DNA of 64,000 nucleotides from Heptranchias perlo (GCF_035084215.1 NW_027139260.1:1-64000); one strand, 5' to 3'; shown: positions 28,579 through 42,344, numbered from the stretch's first letter. Program-made: numbers and translations. Notes: generated by a model not told the origin, from the sequence alone.

Positions 28579-29246
28579 TCCAAATGGCGTTTCCCGATGA
28601 AAACTGAATGCCCCCCAAATCTTCAGATGTTGAGCCTTGTGGACCTAACTCTGGACATGACCAATGACTGGGCCAAAAGAGCTATGGAGCCACACAGCCC
28701 AGGAACCGTCTGAGGGGTCCATTAGCCACCCAGCTCACTTCCTGCTCCCACTAAGGGATCACTTCGAAGAGGCACTAGAGGAGACACTCAGTATTCAAAG
28801 TCTCCAAGGGGATGCACGGGGAAGGACAAAGTACAGCACACCCCATTAGAAACAGGAAATGATTACAAGGGATATTGGTGTTGGTATTTCATTGGTGGGG
28901 CATTGATTTCTATTCTGCAGTATATGCCTGATTGCACTGTGATGATGGGTGAGGGATGGTGGGCGTTTCATCGTGAAATGTGTTGTATCTGCTCAGGGGC
29001 TACCTGATTCAGAAATATTTCTGCGGGATGGAGCGGGGCAGTAACCTTTGAAGTGAAGAGGGTTCAAACTAATCTTTGTCTCAAGTCACAAGCATGTTCC
29101 TGCTCAAGAGGTTCTGACAATTCCACATGCTGTGTCTCTTGTTGATTTTTTAAAAAAAAGTATCAGCCATAACTAAAATTTCCAATTTCCAAAATAAGGC
29201 TTTAAACAAAATTTTAAAAATGTAAGAATTACATATTTCACAGTAA

Positions 29247-31073
29247 CATAGAATCATAGAAGTTTACAACATGGAAACAGGCCCTTCGGCCCAACATGTC
29301 CATGTCGCCCAGTTTATACCACTAAGCTAGTCCCAATTGCCTGCACTTGGCCCATATCCCTCTATACCCATCTTACCCATGTAACTGTCCAAATGCTTTT
29401 TAAAAGACAAAATTGTACCCACCTCTACTACTGCCTCTGGCAGCTCGTTCCAGACACTCACCACCCTTTGAATGAAAAAATTGCCCCTCTGGACCCTTTT
29501 GTATCTCTCCCCTCTCACCTTAAATCTATGTCCCTTCGTTATAGACTCCCCTACCTTTGGGAAAAGATTTTGACTATCTACCTTATCTATGCCCCTCATT
29601 ATTTTATAGACTTCTATAAGATCACCCCTAAACCTCCTACTCTCCAGGGAAAAAAGTCTCAGTCTATCCAACCTCTCCCTATAAGTCAAACCATCAAGTC
29701 CTGGTAGCATCCTAGTAAATCTCTTCTGCACTCTTTCCAGTTTAATAATATCCTTTCTATAATAGGGTGACCAGAACTGTACACAGTATTCCAAGTGTGG
29801 CCTCACTAATGTCTTATACAACTTCAACAAGACATCCCAACTCCTGTATTCAATGTTCTGACCAATGAAACCAAGCATGCTGAATGCCTTCTTCACCACC
29901 CTATCCACCTGTGACTCCACTTTCAAGGAGCTATGAACCTGTACTCCCAGATCTCTTTGTTCTATAACTCTCCCCAACGCCCTACCATTAACGGAGTAGG
30001 TCCTGGCCCGATTCGATCTACCAAAATGCATCACCTCACATTTATCTAAATTAAACTCCATCTGCCATTCATCGGCCCACTGGCCCAATTTATCAAGATC
30101 CCGTTGCAATCCTAGATAACCTTCTTCACTGTCCACAATGCCACCAATCTTGGTGTCATCTGCAAACTTACTAACCATGCCTCCTAAATTCTCATCCAAA
30201 TCATTAATATAAATAACAAATAACAGCGGACCCAGCACCGATCCCTGAGGCACACCGCTGGTCACAGGCCTCCAGTTTGAAAAACAACCCTCTATAACCA
30301 CCCTCTGTCTTCTGTCGTCAATCCAATTTTGTATCCAATTGGCTACCTCACCTTGGATCCCATGAGATTTAACCTTATGTAACAACCTACCATGCGGTAC
30401 CTTGTCAAATGCTTTGCTGAAGTCCATGTAGACCACGTCTACTGCACAGCCCTCATCTATCTTCTTCGTTACCCCTTCAAAAAACTCAATCAAATTCGTG
30501 AGACATGATTTTCCTCTCACAAAACCATGCTGACTGTTCCTAATTAGTCCCTGCCTCTCCATATGCCTGTAGATCCTGTCCCTCAGAATACCCTCTAACA
30601 ACTTACCCACTACAGATGTCAGGCTCACTGGTCTGTAGTTCCCAGGCTTTTCCCTGCCGCCCTTCTTAAACAAAGGCACAACATTTGCTACCCTCCAATC
30701 TTCAGGCACCTCACCTGTAGCTGTCGATGATTCAAATATCTCTGCTAGGGGACCCGCAATTTCCTCCCTAACCTCCCATAACGTCCTGGGATACATTTCA
30801 TCAGGTCCCGGAGATTTATCTACCTTGATGCGCGTTAAGACTTCCAGCACCTCCCTCTCTGTAATATGTACACTCCTCAAGACATCACTATTTATTTCCC
30901 CAAGTTCCCTAACATCCATGCCTTTCTCAACCGTAAATACCGATGTGAAATATTCATTTAGGATCTCACCCATCTCTTGTGGTTCCGCACATAGATGACC
31001 TTGTTGATCCTTAAGAGGCTCCACTCTCTCCCTAGTTACTCTTTTGCCCTTTATGTATTTGTAGCTCTTTGGA
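29247..31073 (-). mobile_element. 5'-truncated young CR1 LINE with an uninterrupted RT-domain ORF2 fragment
   Basis: The 586-aa ORF 29327-31087 carries [31 protein letters not shown] and RPHLEYC. The 3' tail reads CATAGAATCATAGAA on the + strand. Confidence 0.96.
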
Positions 31074-31554
31074 TTAAATTTACCCACTAAAATGCCTCAG
31101 CCCGTCTCAAAAAACTGGGCTTCAAATGGATATTTTTATGTCAAAATAGTTGGACAGAAATTTGCATTCTGAGCATGTGTCGTCTATAGAACTTCCCAGC
31201 ATTCAATCTGTACATCAGCCAGAGTTAATATAAAGGACGGGGGTCCCTCCACTCTGGAGCATTTGCGAGTTTCCTTGCTTTTTCCAAGAAATGTTCAAAC
31301 AAACTGGAGATTAAATTCTCAAGAGTAGCCTGAAAAAAAAGCTTTATGTTTTTAAAATTTATTATGAACAAATGCTATTTTTCGATATAAACTGTTCCCA
31401 GACAAACCTGCAATGAGAGCAGGTGTGGTTTTGTTGTTAATGGTTAGAAAAGAAACCAGATTGTTTATCGAGAATGTCTTTTTAGTCACTTCACTTTATT
31501 TCAGTTGAAATTCAGTTTAAAAAAATCTCACTCTTCTGAAACATTTTGAGACTT

Positions 31555-31897
31555 CATGGAATTTACAGCACAGATGGAGGCCATTCAGCCCATCGTGCTG
31601 GATCTTTGAAAGAGCTATCCAATTAGTCCCTGTCCTCCCTCTTTCCCCATAGCCCTGCAAATCTTTCTTTTTCAAGTATTTATCCAATTCCCTTTTGAAA
31701 GTTATTATTGAATCTGCTTCCACCGCCCTTTCAGGCAGCACATTCCAGATCAGAACAACTGGCTGTGTGAAAAAATTTCTCCTCATCTCCCCTCTGGTTC
31801 TTTTGCCAATTACCTTAAACCTGTGTCCTTTGGTTACTGACCCTCCCGTCAGTGGAAAGAGTTTCTCCTTATGTACGCTATTAATACCCCTCATGAG
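31555..31897 (-). mobile_element. CR1 3' fragment
   Basis: ORF 31517-31918 encodes TKGHRFKV...FFTQPVVLIWNVLP...FKRELDKYL. Confidence 0.9.
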
Positions 31898-32318
31898 GCC
31901 CCTCATGAGGCCCTGCAAGAAGCACAGTGCCTAATTTACATAACATTCATCTCTTTAAATAATCCGGACATGTGCTCCTGACACTAACGGAGTTGCCTTT
32001 ACCAATATGGCGAATGGCACACTTCTGTCTCGTAATGAGTGTGCGCTTCCTGCCCGCCATATTGGAAGTTTAGGAGGCCACTTAGCGCCTAACAAATGGT
32101 CACCGCTCGGCTGAGTTTCTCGGCCGATATGAGTAGAGTCCTTTCACAACACCAGCCGGGCCAGTGAGACACTTTTTCAAATGTGAAGAGCCCCAAGATA
32201 TTAAATATATAAAATGTTACAGTTCTGTAGGAGGCAGAGGAAGTGAGAGATGGAGAGGAGGATGCAACAGGTTCAAAAATGATTGGAGCCCTTCAAAGCT
32301 AACTTTAAAGAAAACTGA

Positions 32319-32955
32319 CAGGCAGATGTTGATGTGCGGTTTTAAATTGGCAGTCCCACTCAGGCAGATGTTGACGTGGGGTTTTAAATTGGCGGTCCCA
32401 CTCAGGCAGATGTTGACGTGGGGTTTTAAATTGGCGGTCCCACTCAGGCAGATGTTGACGTGGGGTTTTAAATTGGCGGTCCCACTCAGGCAGATGTTGA
32501 CGTGGGGTTTTAAATTGGCGGTCCCACTCAGGCAGATGTTGATGTGGGGTTTTAAATTGGCGGTCCCACTCAGGCAGATGTTGACGTGGGGTTTTAAATT
32601 GGCGGTCCCACTCAGGCAGATGTTGACGTGGGGTTTTAAATTGGCGGTCCCACTCAGGCAGATGTTGATGTGGGGTTTTAAATTGGCGGTCCCACTCAGG
32701 CAGATGTTGACGTGGGGTTTTAAATTGGCGGTCCCACTCAGGCAGATGTTGACGTGGGGTTTTAAATTGGCGGTCCCACTCAGGCAGATGTTGATGTGGG
32801 GTTTTAAATTGGCGGTCCCACTCAGGCAGATGTTGATGTGGGGTTTTAAATTGGCGGTCCCACTCAGGCAGATGTTGATGTGGGGTTTTAAATTGGCGGT
32901 CCCACTCAGGCAGATGTTGATGTGGGGTTTTAAATTGGCGGTCCCACTCAGGCAG
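32319..32955. repeat. 42-bp minisatellite, about 15 copies
   Basis: Unit CAGGCAGATGTTGA(C/T)GTGGGGTTTTAAATTGGCGGTCCCACT, which gives the 14-aa repeat ORFs on both strands. Confidence 0.96.
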
Positions 32956-34164
32956 GTCACTGAGGTGACTGGTGAGGGAAACGGAACAAGTGTCAGACTG
33001 GTGCAGGATTGGGCACTCTTGCGATTTGGGTCATTGTTGGGGCAGTGTAGAGGGAACTTCACGCCAGGTTACGTTTACATCTTCACCACCTGGGCAGTAA
33101 TCTGGAGGGGTGGATCTGCCCGGTATAGAATCCCCCGCCTGATTTTCATTCCATTGATTGGAATAGAATGAACATTGGACCAGTTCCATAACCTGCGTGT
33201 CCACCCACCACATCACTGCCCAGCTGCTGAAGATGTAAACTGACCTCTCTGAATCTAGCAGTGCTATTTCTGACCTGGGAGTGCTCAATGTCGACACAGG
33301 GACCCAAAATGTAAAATATTCCACGACCCATCCCCAACATTCTCAGCTCAATGCACACAAAATTCACAACATTAAAAGGATCATTTCGGTTTAAATGTTC
33401 TGCGCAGCACTCCTGGTGCAGGTTCGGACTGAATATCAGGAAATTGTACACTCCCAGCCCACGATCTACTGTCTATTAAATGTAACAGATAGAAAATCTG
33501 GGGCAGAGGGTTCACAATTTCACAATGTGTGCTCCCGCCATGTGCTGGGAACACAGAAGTGGAAGATCTGCCCTTAATACATGTTTAAATATTCAGACCC
33601 CGAGGTGAAGAGCCAGGGGCCACAGTATAGGCAGCACCAAGACTAAAGAGAATCAAAGTCAAGACAAGATAAAACAGAATTAAATTTAATTAATTCAATG
33701 ATGCTATTCTTGGGAGTTTGAAGTCTGATAACTGGACTGTAATGAAGAACTTGTATTTAAATAGCAGGTTACATGACAACAAAGACACAACCCAAGGTTA
33801 GAGGCTAGAGCTGAGAGAGTGATTATTTATGAAAGAACAGCTTCACATGGGAGCAGTTTTCAAGTCTTGGATAAACTTGGGTTTTATGCACAAAAGATGG
33901 CTTTGTCGATGCAGCTTTAGTAAAGGAGGTGATGATAAGGCTAAGAATGGCAATAGATGGAGAAGGACTGAGGGTGGAACAGTCAGTGGTAATGGTGGGG
34001 TCTGCTGGTTGGAGTCGCGAGAGACAGAAAGAATCTGTTACCAGAAGATCAGAGGAATGTTACTGCTGTTCTGAGGGTTAGAGGTGGCCAGTGATGGTGC
34101 CAATGGGGATGAATGTGCTCAACAGATATGGGTTGAAAGGCTTCAAAACTAGATGAAACGTTTA

Positions 34165-34657
34165 CATAGAAAATAGGAGCAGGAGTAGGCCATTCGGCCC
34201 TTCGAGCCTGCTTCGCCATTCAATATGATCATGGCTGATCCTCTATCTCAATACCATATTCCTACTCTCTCCCCATACCCCTTGATGCCTTTTGTGGCTA
34301 GAAATCTATCGAGCTCCTTTTTAAATATATTCAGTGACTCGGCCTCCACAGCCTTCCATGGTAGAGAATTCCACAGGTTCACCACCCTCAGAGTGAAGAA
34401 ATTTCTCCTCATCTCAGTCCTAAATGTCCTACCCCATATCCTGAGACTGTGACCCCTCGTTCTGGACCCCCCAGCCAGGGGAAACATCCTCCCTGCATCC
34501 AGTCTGTCTAGCCCTGTCAGAATTTTATACGTTTCAATGAGATCCCCTCTCATTCTTCTAAACTCGAGTGAATACAGGCCGAGTCGACCCAATCTCTCCT
34601 CATACGACAGTCCCGCCATCCCAGGGATCAGTCTGGTGAACCTTCGCTGCACTCCCT
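34165..34657 (-). mobile_element. CR1 3' fragment
   Basis: ORF 34248-34691 encodes VQRRFTRLIPG...RGDLIETYKI...WNSLP, followed by the tail at 34165. Confidence 0.92.
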
Positions 34658-35430
34658 CTACGCTCGGGCCCAGCAGGGAGCAGCTCGGCATGAAGAAGGC
34701 TGCAGATGTCCGCGACTACCTGACGACTGATTCTGAGCCTCCGTATGCAATGCTTCTCAGAGAGGTTCAGGAAGCTGTCTGTACACCGTGTTGTGAGGGT
34801 AGTGCCTCCTGTGACGTCGCTCTCTCTGTTGTTGCCCCCCGTGCTGTTGTGCAGGTGCGTGTGGTGCAGCACTGTGTTGTGGAGCTCCACGTGGCGGAGG
34901 TGGACGGCGTGCCTGGCGAGGCTGGTGATGGTGCCCGCCCTCGGATGAAGTGATGAATGCAGCCATGGTGCCCCCCATCCTGACGGTGTGAGTTTGAGGG
35001 GGTCCGCAAAGTAGGTAAATGTGTTTGCACAGCAGAGTTTAGGGTATAAATTAATAATTTTGAGTGTAAACGCAAAGGTCTTGCAGCCAAAACTTAGTCT
35101 GAAGTGACAGAGTGCCCTGCTGCAATAAATGAGGTTTTCCCCCCACCTGTCAAATAATCCTTTGCATCTCCCACTGGCTGCTGAGTGAAACACGTCTGCT
35201 CCAACAGGGAGTGTTTCCCACAGCACGGGAAACACACTGAGGATCCTTCAAAATTGCACCCCTGCCAAAATCTCCACTCAATGAGGTCTCTCAAGTACCT
35301 CAACTATCTGACTAACTATGTAAATGATCATTCTGCCGGTTTTAATTGCCGCTGGGAGTCCCACATTCGGGAGGTGCGCGCACCCAAACGCCTCAGAGAA
35401 CCCGGAGCTCCGCCATCCGAATATCGGCCC
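34658..35430 (-). mobile_element. Harbinger/PIF transposon 5' end with N-terminal transposase fragment
   Basis: SFLNLSEKHCIRRLRISRQVVADICSLLHAELLP is homologous to the transposase at 45663 (TFLNLSEDQCTRRLHFSRQAVTDLCSLL). The terminus GGGCCGATATTC is flanked by TTA. It is truncated at the junction with the CR1. Confidence 0.8.
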
Positions 35431-36002
35431 TTATAACTCACTGTGATCTCTGCTCTGTTTGAAGATCACCAACTCGGTACTCTCTTATGGCGAAAAAGTC
35501 TTAACAAGGACAAAAGGGATATCCAGTGTAACTTTACATTTCTCAACTTTGGAAGGGTATGAATGATTTACTGAGTGAGGTGATGGGCAGCCAAGTTTTG
35601 ATCTCCTGAGTTTGAGTACCTGTTAAAGCTTCTGAAGCTACTTGTTCTTCATCCTTCATTGGAAATTTTACAGAATCATTAAAAAGCAAAACTCTGGTCA
35701 GTATAAGCCTTTCCGTGTTATGGTGTAGCAGCAAAGTAATGTCAGATGGTGAAGGTGTCGCCCTCTCCTGTAGGTGTGAGCTCTTCCTGGGCCTCCATCC
35801 TGCACCTCGTCCAAGTACCAATTCTTCATGTGATGGCCGGACGGTGAGTGTTGAGAAGGGTATACCAGCCGAGCTCAATCTTGTCCACCAATGTGTACTT
35901 TGCAGCAGGAATCAGTGATTAACAATCAGGAGTAGGGACCTCCTTCAGTAACATTAACAATACACACAGACTGTGAGGAGATCCTGTGCCCTGTACTTAC
36001 CC

Positions 36003-36148
36003 CTAGATCGCCCGTTGCTGAGCTTGCAGCCGCTGTCTCTCTTTGATCAGTAAGATGATCCCGACAACAGCACTGATGATTCCCAGAGTGAGTCCCAGAG
36101 CACAGATCACTGTCCCAGGACCAGACCTCTCCTCAGGCACTTCAGGTT
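36003..36148 (-). CDS. DAA: MHC class II alpha chain, connecting peptide/TM/cytoplasmic exon
   Basis: Acceptor tatacag|AA. Translates (E)PEVPEERSGPGTVICALGLTLGIISAVVGIILLIKERQRLQAQQRAI*, with the class II alpha TM signature C-A-L-G-L-x-x-G. The TAG at 36005-36003 is followed by GG|gtaagt, so a separate 3'UTR exon is expected. Confidence 0.95.
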
Positions 36149-36504
36149 CTGTATAGAGAGAGGCAAGAAAGGGGTGAGTGTCTCACAGTGAAACACAAGG
36201 TGAACACAACACAGTGGGGAGCCTATTGAACAAATGGGGAGCCTCGCTCACAGCAGAAACTTGGACACCTGCTGGTCACAAATGTCCATAACTCCATGGG
36301 CTACAGTCACAGTCTCACACTCAAGGATTCATAGTCTAGGAGTTACTGCTGGTGATAAATTTATATAAAACATTGGAACAGCCACAGTTAGAGCACTGTG
36401 TGCAGAGAAAGGACATTAAAGACACAGATAGCATACAGTGTAGATTCATCAGGATGCTACCAGGGATGGGAAACAAGTTATGAGCAGGGATTTGAGATAC
36501 TCAA

Positions 36505-36974
36505 AGAATGATACAGCAGAGAAAGAGGCCATTCAGCCCATCGTGCCTTTGGAAGAGTTATCCACTTAGTCTCAATCCCTTGCTCTTTCCTGATAGCCCT
36601 GCAATTTTGTCCCCTTCAAATATTTATCTAATTCCATTTTGAAAGTTATTATTGAATCTGCTTCTACCACCCTTTCAGGCAGCGCATTCCAGATCAGAAC
36701 AACTCGCTGCGTAAAAATTCTCATCACCCCTCTGGTTCTTTTGCCAATTACCTTAAATCTGTGTCCTCTGGTTCCCGACCCTCCTGCCAATGGAAACAGT
36801 TTCTCCCTGTTTACTCTATTAAAACCCCTCATAATTTTGAACCCCTCCATTAAATCTCCCCTTAACCTTCTCTGCTCTAAGGAGAACGACCCCAGCTTCT
36901 CCAGTCTCTCCACAAAACTGAAGTCGTTCATCCCTGGTATCATTCTAGTAAATCTCCTCTGCACCCTCTCCAAA
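36505..36974 (-). mobile_element. CR1 3' fragment in intron 3
   Basis: ORF 36572-36973 encodes ERVQRRFTRMIPG...WNALP. Confidence 0.9.
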
Positions 36975-37332
36975 GCAACAGAGACGGTTTCCGCTGAAGC
37001 AGAGAAGGCTAAAATGAGATTTAAAATTATGAAGTGTTTTGATAAGAGTGAATTTTTCCTCTGGTTGGAAAGTCAGTGATGAGGGGCCATCAATATAAAA
37101 TGATCACTAAGACTGTAAGAGGGGTTTGGAAATTTCTGTACACAGAGGGTCGTTGTAATGTGGAATACTTTGTCACAGGGAATGGTTGAGGCAGAGACCA
37201 TTGTATCATTTAAGTGAAAATTGGATCAATATTTAAAGCAGAGGAAGATACAGGAACTTGGGGAGAGCGTGGGGCATTGGAAATAGTTTGGGATTGATAC
37301 AGGAATATGGGGAGAGAGCGGGGGCAGTGGGA

Positions 37333-38476
37333 TCATAGAATCGTTACAGCACAGAAGGTGGCCATTTGGCCCATCGAGCCTGTGCCAGCTCTTTGTAAGA
37401 GCAATTCAGTTAGTCCCATTCCCCGCTCTTTCCCCATAGCACTGCAAATTTTTTTTCCCTTCAAATATTTATCCAATTCCTTTCTGAAAACCATGATTGA
37501 ATCTGCCTCCACCACCCCCTCGGGCAGTGCATTCCAGATCCTAACCACTCCCTGTGTAAAAAAGTTTTTCCTCATGTCGCCTTTGGTTCTTTTGCCAATC
37601 ACCTTAAATGTGTGTCCTCTGGTTCTTGACTCTTCCGCCAATGGGAACAGTTTCTCTTTATTTACTTTATCTAAACCTGTCATGATTTTGAAAACTTCTA
37701 TTAAATCTCCCCTTAACCTTCTCTGTTCTAAGGAGAACAACCCCAGCTTCTCCAGTCTCTCCACATAACTGAAGTCCCTCATCCCTGGAATCATTCTAGT
37801 AAATCTCCTCTGCACCCTCTCTGAGGCCTTCACATCAATCCTTTAAAATGTGGAGCCCAGAATTGTACACAATACTCCAGTTGTGGCCGAACCAGTGTTT
37901 TATAAAGGTTCACCATAACTTCCTTGCTTTTGTACTCTATGCCTCTATTTATAAAGCCCAGAATCCCGTATGCTTTTTTAACCGCTTTCTCAACCTGTCC
38001 TGTCATCTTCAAAGATTTGTGCACATATACCCCCAGATCTCTCTGTTCCTGCACCCCTTTAGAATTGTTCCCTTTAGTTTATATTGCCTGTCCTCATTCT
38101 TCCTGCCAAAATGTATCACTTCGCACTTCTCTGCATTAAATTTCATCTGGCCCATTCCACCAGCCTGTCTGTATCCTCTTGAAGTCTATCACTATCCTAC
38201 TCACTGTTCACGACACTTCCAAGTTTTGTGTCATCTGCAAATTTTGAAATTGTGCCCTGTACACCCAAGTCCAAGTCATTAATATATATCAAGAAAAGCA
38301 GTGGTCCTAGTACTGACCCCTGGGGAACAACACTGTACACCTCCCTCCAGTCCGAAAAACAACCGTTCACCACTACTCTCTGATTCCTGTCACTTAGCCA
38401 ATTTTGTATCCATGCTGCCACTGCCCCTTTTATTCCATGGGTTTCAATTTTGCTGACAAGACTATTATATGACACT
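37333..38476 (-). mobile_element. CR1 LINE 3' 1.1 kb, disrupted
   Basis: ORFs 37333, 37830 and 38197 carry [13 protein letters not shown] and RPQLEYC. Same subfamily as the copy at 40914-42203. Confidence 0.93.
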
Positions 38477-38635
38477 TCCCCAGGTAAAATTTATACAGGT
38501 CTTATTTTGAAGAGGCCGTGTCAATGTGTGCCTGTATGAGAAAAAATGTCAGTGGACGAATTATACATCTGTTGTAGCTTTTGTTTTGTGTTCTGTGAAG
38601 TTCAGAAAATGTTTTAAGCTGACAAGGGTATCGAG

Positions 38636-39350
38636 GGATAGAGAGAGAGAGAGAAAGGGAGAGAGAAAGGAAGGAGAGAGAGAAAAAAAGGGAGAGAGAA
38701 AGGAAGGAGAGAAAAAGAGAGAAAGGAAGGAGGGAGCAAAGGAGAGTGAAAGGAAAGGGAGAGACTAAGGAAGGAGAGAGAGCGAAAGCAAGGAGAGTGA
38801 AAGGAGACAGTTTCTTTCCTCATTCGAATTTTTTAAACATTTAATTCTGAAAACAAGCAAATCCTCTTCGGGAGGGGAGGGAAGGATGGAAACCGATTGA
38901 GGGTGAGAAGCCGTCTGTCCTTTCAACCTCCTGAGGAGAATGAGTGGGAGTGGAGGGGAGTGGGTGCAATGTTGAGGGGGAAGTGAATGACAGTAGAACA
39001 AGGGGGAGAGGAGAATAGAGAGATCAAAGGGGTAGTTCAAAGGGGAAGAGATGGGGTACCAATGGGAGTGAGGGGGTGATAGGAAGGAGTGGTAGGAAGC
39101 TGAAGGGGTGGAGGATGCGATTGGAGTGAGGGGGAAAGGGCGAGTGATTGGGGGAGGGGAGGGAATGGGAGCCGCTGAGGGCCACGTTTTCTCCATAACT
39201 CCCAACTTAATGCAACCTGCAGTCATCAGTGTAGAGAGAGAGAGAGAGAGAGATAAGAATTAAGGATAGAGCAGAAGTGAAGGGAAAGAGAGACAGAGGT
39301 AGAAGAGGAGAGACAGAGAAAGAACAACACAAAGAAATCAGAGGCTAATA
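38636..39350. repeat. Polypurine/polypyrimidine low-complexity tract with (AG)n microsatellites
   Basis: GA-rich runs at 38636-38810 and 39233-39252, with G/A-rich sequence between them. Confidence 0.8.
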
Positions 39351-40136
39351 AAAGAGATCATATCTGCTGACTTACTGTGGGAAACACCATGGGAGATAGA
39401 TTATATCATATAAAAATCACTTGTTTCACAGTTAAAGCCTAAAACGAGGTCTGATGTGATCTTCTGCTTCTCGGAAACACACGAGGAGGCACAGGATAGA
39501 GTCGCAACTCGAAAACTTTTCTGTTCATTATTCTGGGCACGTGGTCAAAACCTACCTAGTTATCAGTCTTGGTGACGATAGGCTGGAGGTCCTAGTGAGT
39601 GAAAACTCACCTATCAGAATAATCTAAAAGATGGAAGTCAAAATATGTAGAATAGGAAGGACAGATAAGACCCCAAAATGTAACGGACACATGTCCCCCC
39701 GTGCATGATACTGGGATATAGGTTTTCATGGTCAGGCTCTGCATGTAATTTCTGCTGAACCAGGACTGGGTAAGTTCCAACATTGGCCAGAGACGTATCC
39801 CTGAAGACTGTACACAATGAACCACTTTTCTCATTCTGTGTAGGCCAACTTTTGAGTTAATTACAGCTTTTGAGAGCTATTTATTGGCCTCTAGATCAGT
39901 TTTACAATTCCTGCTCCCTGGTCAAACTCACTCACCAACCAACCATACTAATTACAGTCAATGAATAAATCAAATTACATTTTATTACATGGGATTCTAT
40001 CTGTTTTTTGGTGAAAAACATAAATCTGAGGCCTTGCTTACAAATAAAGAACAACAAGTGAAGTTCGGGAATCACACAGCAGCCTGTCATAAACCAGTGC
40101 TGAAGTCATCTCATAGCTAATCAAATCCATACTGAC

Positions 40137-40418
40137 CCCAGAATACAGTAGCCGGCTCCTCCAGACCCTCGTGCTCCACATGACAGGAGTACATGTCTCC
40201 AGGACTCGGGACAAAGCTCAGGTACGTGAATCTCTGGGAGGAATAATCGTTTTTAATATAGTACTCTGTGATATTGTCTCCATCAGTCGTGGGTTCATTG
40301 TTTCTTCTCCATTTCATGGTGATGTGCGGAGGGTAGAATCCATCAGCCAGGCAGATCAACGTGTTGGGCTGTCCCCATTCTACAGAGGCTTCAGAGTACA
40401 TGGCAATCTGAGGGGGGA
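40137..40418 (-). CDS. DAA: MHC class II alpha chain, alpha2 (C1-set Ig) exon, 282 bp
   Basis: cccacag|TC...TGG G|gtcagt, phase 1 at both ends. Translates VPPQIAMYSEASVEWGQPNTLICLADGFYPPHITMKW...YSCHVEHEGLEEPATVFW, with the canonical PNTLIC, GFYPP and YSCHVEH motifs. Confidence 0.97.
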
Positions 40419-40913
40419 CTGTGGGAAGAGACAGGACACAGCATGGGTACAATTTAAACAACGTGATGCAGCAGGATAAACAAAACATCATGGATCCTGC
40501 AAACAGCAAATGAGATGAGAGATAAGTCCATCTGTATCTGATGATGTTGGTTGGGGGATAAACCTTGACCAGGACACTGGGAGAACTCCCTGCTCTTCTT
40601 CTAATAATGCCATGGGATCTTTTATGTCCACCTTTGAGGGAAAATGGGACCTCAATTTAATGTTACATCTAAATATCAATAAAGTGATCTCCTGGTACTT
40701 GTTTAAATTTCCTCTCAGGATGTGCATGACACTGGCCAGACTGGTATTTATTGTCTATCCCTAGTTGCCCTGAGAGGGTGATGGTGAGCCGCCTTCTCCT
40801 TGTACCGCTGCAGTCCTGATGGTGATGGTCCTCCCACAATGCTGTTAGGTAGGGAATTCCAGGATATTTACTCAGTGACAATGAAGGAACGGTGATATAT
40901 GTCCAAGTCAGGA

Positions 40914-42203
40914 AAGCCAGCATGGATTTGTTAAAGGCAAATCGTGTTTAACTAACCTGATTGAGTTTTTTGATGAGGTAACAGAGAGGGTCGATGAGGG
41001 CAGTCCGATTAATGTGGTGTATATGGACTTTCAAAAGGTGTTTGATAAAGTGCCACATAATAGGCTTATCATCAAAGTTGAAGCCCATGGAATAAAAGGG
41101 GGCAGTGGCAGCATGGATATGAAATTGGCTAAGTGACAGAAAAAACAGTGGTGAACGGTTGTTTATCGGACTGGAGAGAGGTGTACAGTGGTGTTCCCCA
41201 GGAGTCGGTACTAGGACCACTGCTTTTCTTGATATATATTAATGACTTGGACTTGGGTGTACAGGGCACAATTTCAAAATTTGCAGATGACTCAAAACTT
41301 GGAAGTGTAGTGAACAGTGAGGAGGATAGTGATGGACTTCAAGAGGACATAGACAGGCTGGTGGAATGGGCGGACATGTGGCAGATGAAATTTAACGTAG
41401 AAAAGTGCGAAGTGATACATTTTGGTTGAAAGAATGAGGAGAGGCAATATAAACTGAAGGGTACAATTCTAAAAGGGGTGCGGCAACAGAGAGATCTGGG
41501 GGTATATGTGCACAAATCTTTGAAGGTGGCAGGGCAGGTTGAGAAAGCGGTAAAAAAAACATACAGGATTTTGGGCTTTATAAATAGAGGCATAGAGTAC
41601 AAAACCAAGGAAGTTATGATGAACCTCTATAAAACGCTGGTTTGGCCACAACTGGAGTATTGTGTCCAATTCTGGACACCACACTTTAGGAAGGATGTGA
41701 AGGCCTTAGAGAGGGTGCAGAAGAGATTTACCAGAATGATTCCAGGGATGAGGGACTTTAGTTACGTGGGTAGACTGGAGAAGCTGGGGTTGTTCTCCTT
41801 CGAGCAGAGAAAGTTGAGAGGAGATTTGATCGAGGTATTCAAAATCATGAAGGGTCTAGACAGAGTAGATAGAGAGAAACTGTTCCCATTGGTGGATGGG
41901 TCAAGAACCAGAGGACATAGATTTAAGGTGATTGGCAAAAGAACCAAAGGTGACATGAGGAAAAACCTTTTTACACAGCAAGTGGTTATGATCTGGAATG
42001 CACTGCCCGAGGGGGTGGTGGAGGCAGATTCAATCATGGCTTTCAAAAGGGAACTGGATAAGTACTTGAAGGGAAAAAATTTGCAGGGTTACGGGGAAAG
42101 GGCGGGTGAGTGGGACTAGCTGGATTGCTCTTGCAGAGAGCCAGCACGGACTCGACGGGCCAAATGGCCTCCTTCCGTGCTGTAACCTTTCTATGATTCT
42201 ATG
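40914..42203 (+). mobile_element. CR1 LINE 3' 1.3 kb, inserted into an older repeat with a 9-bp TSD
   Basis: RT/C-terminal ORFs at 41133 and 41478, with tail TTCTATGATTCTATG. Direct repeat AAGTCAGGA at 40905-40913 and 42204-42212. Confidence 0.93.
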
Positions 42204-42344
42204 AAGTCAGGATAGGGTGTGTGGCTCGGAGGGGAACTTGGAGGTGATGTTGTTCCCATGAAATTTCTGCTCTTGTCCCTCTCAATGGTAGAGTTTACAG
42301 AGGAGAGAGGTGATGCTAAAGTAACCTTGGTGAGTTGCTGCAGT

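Noticed and set aside
32164-33171. 335-aa and 281-aa ORFs with 14-aa repeats
   Set aside because: By-product of the 42-bp minisatellite, open on both strands.
34248-34691. Harbinger-CR1 fusion gene
   Set aside because: This is chance read-through at the junction of two truncated elements. Neither catalytic domain is present.
35440-35900. 3'UTR exon of the MHC gene
   Set aside because: It is expected from the donor after the stop, and an acceptor near 35898 is possible. Neither the boundary nor the poly(A) site can be fixed from sequence alone.
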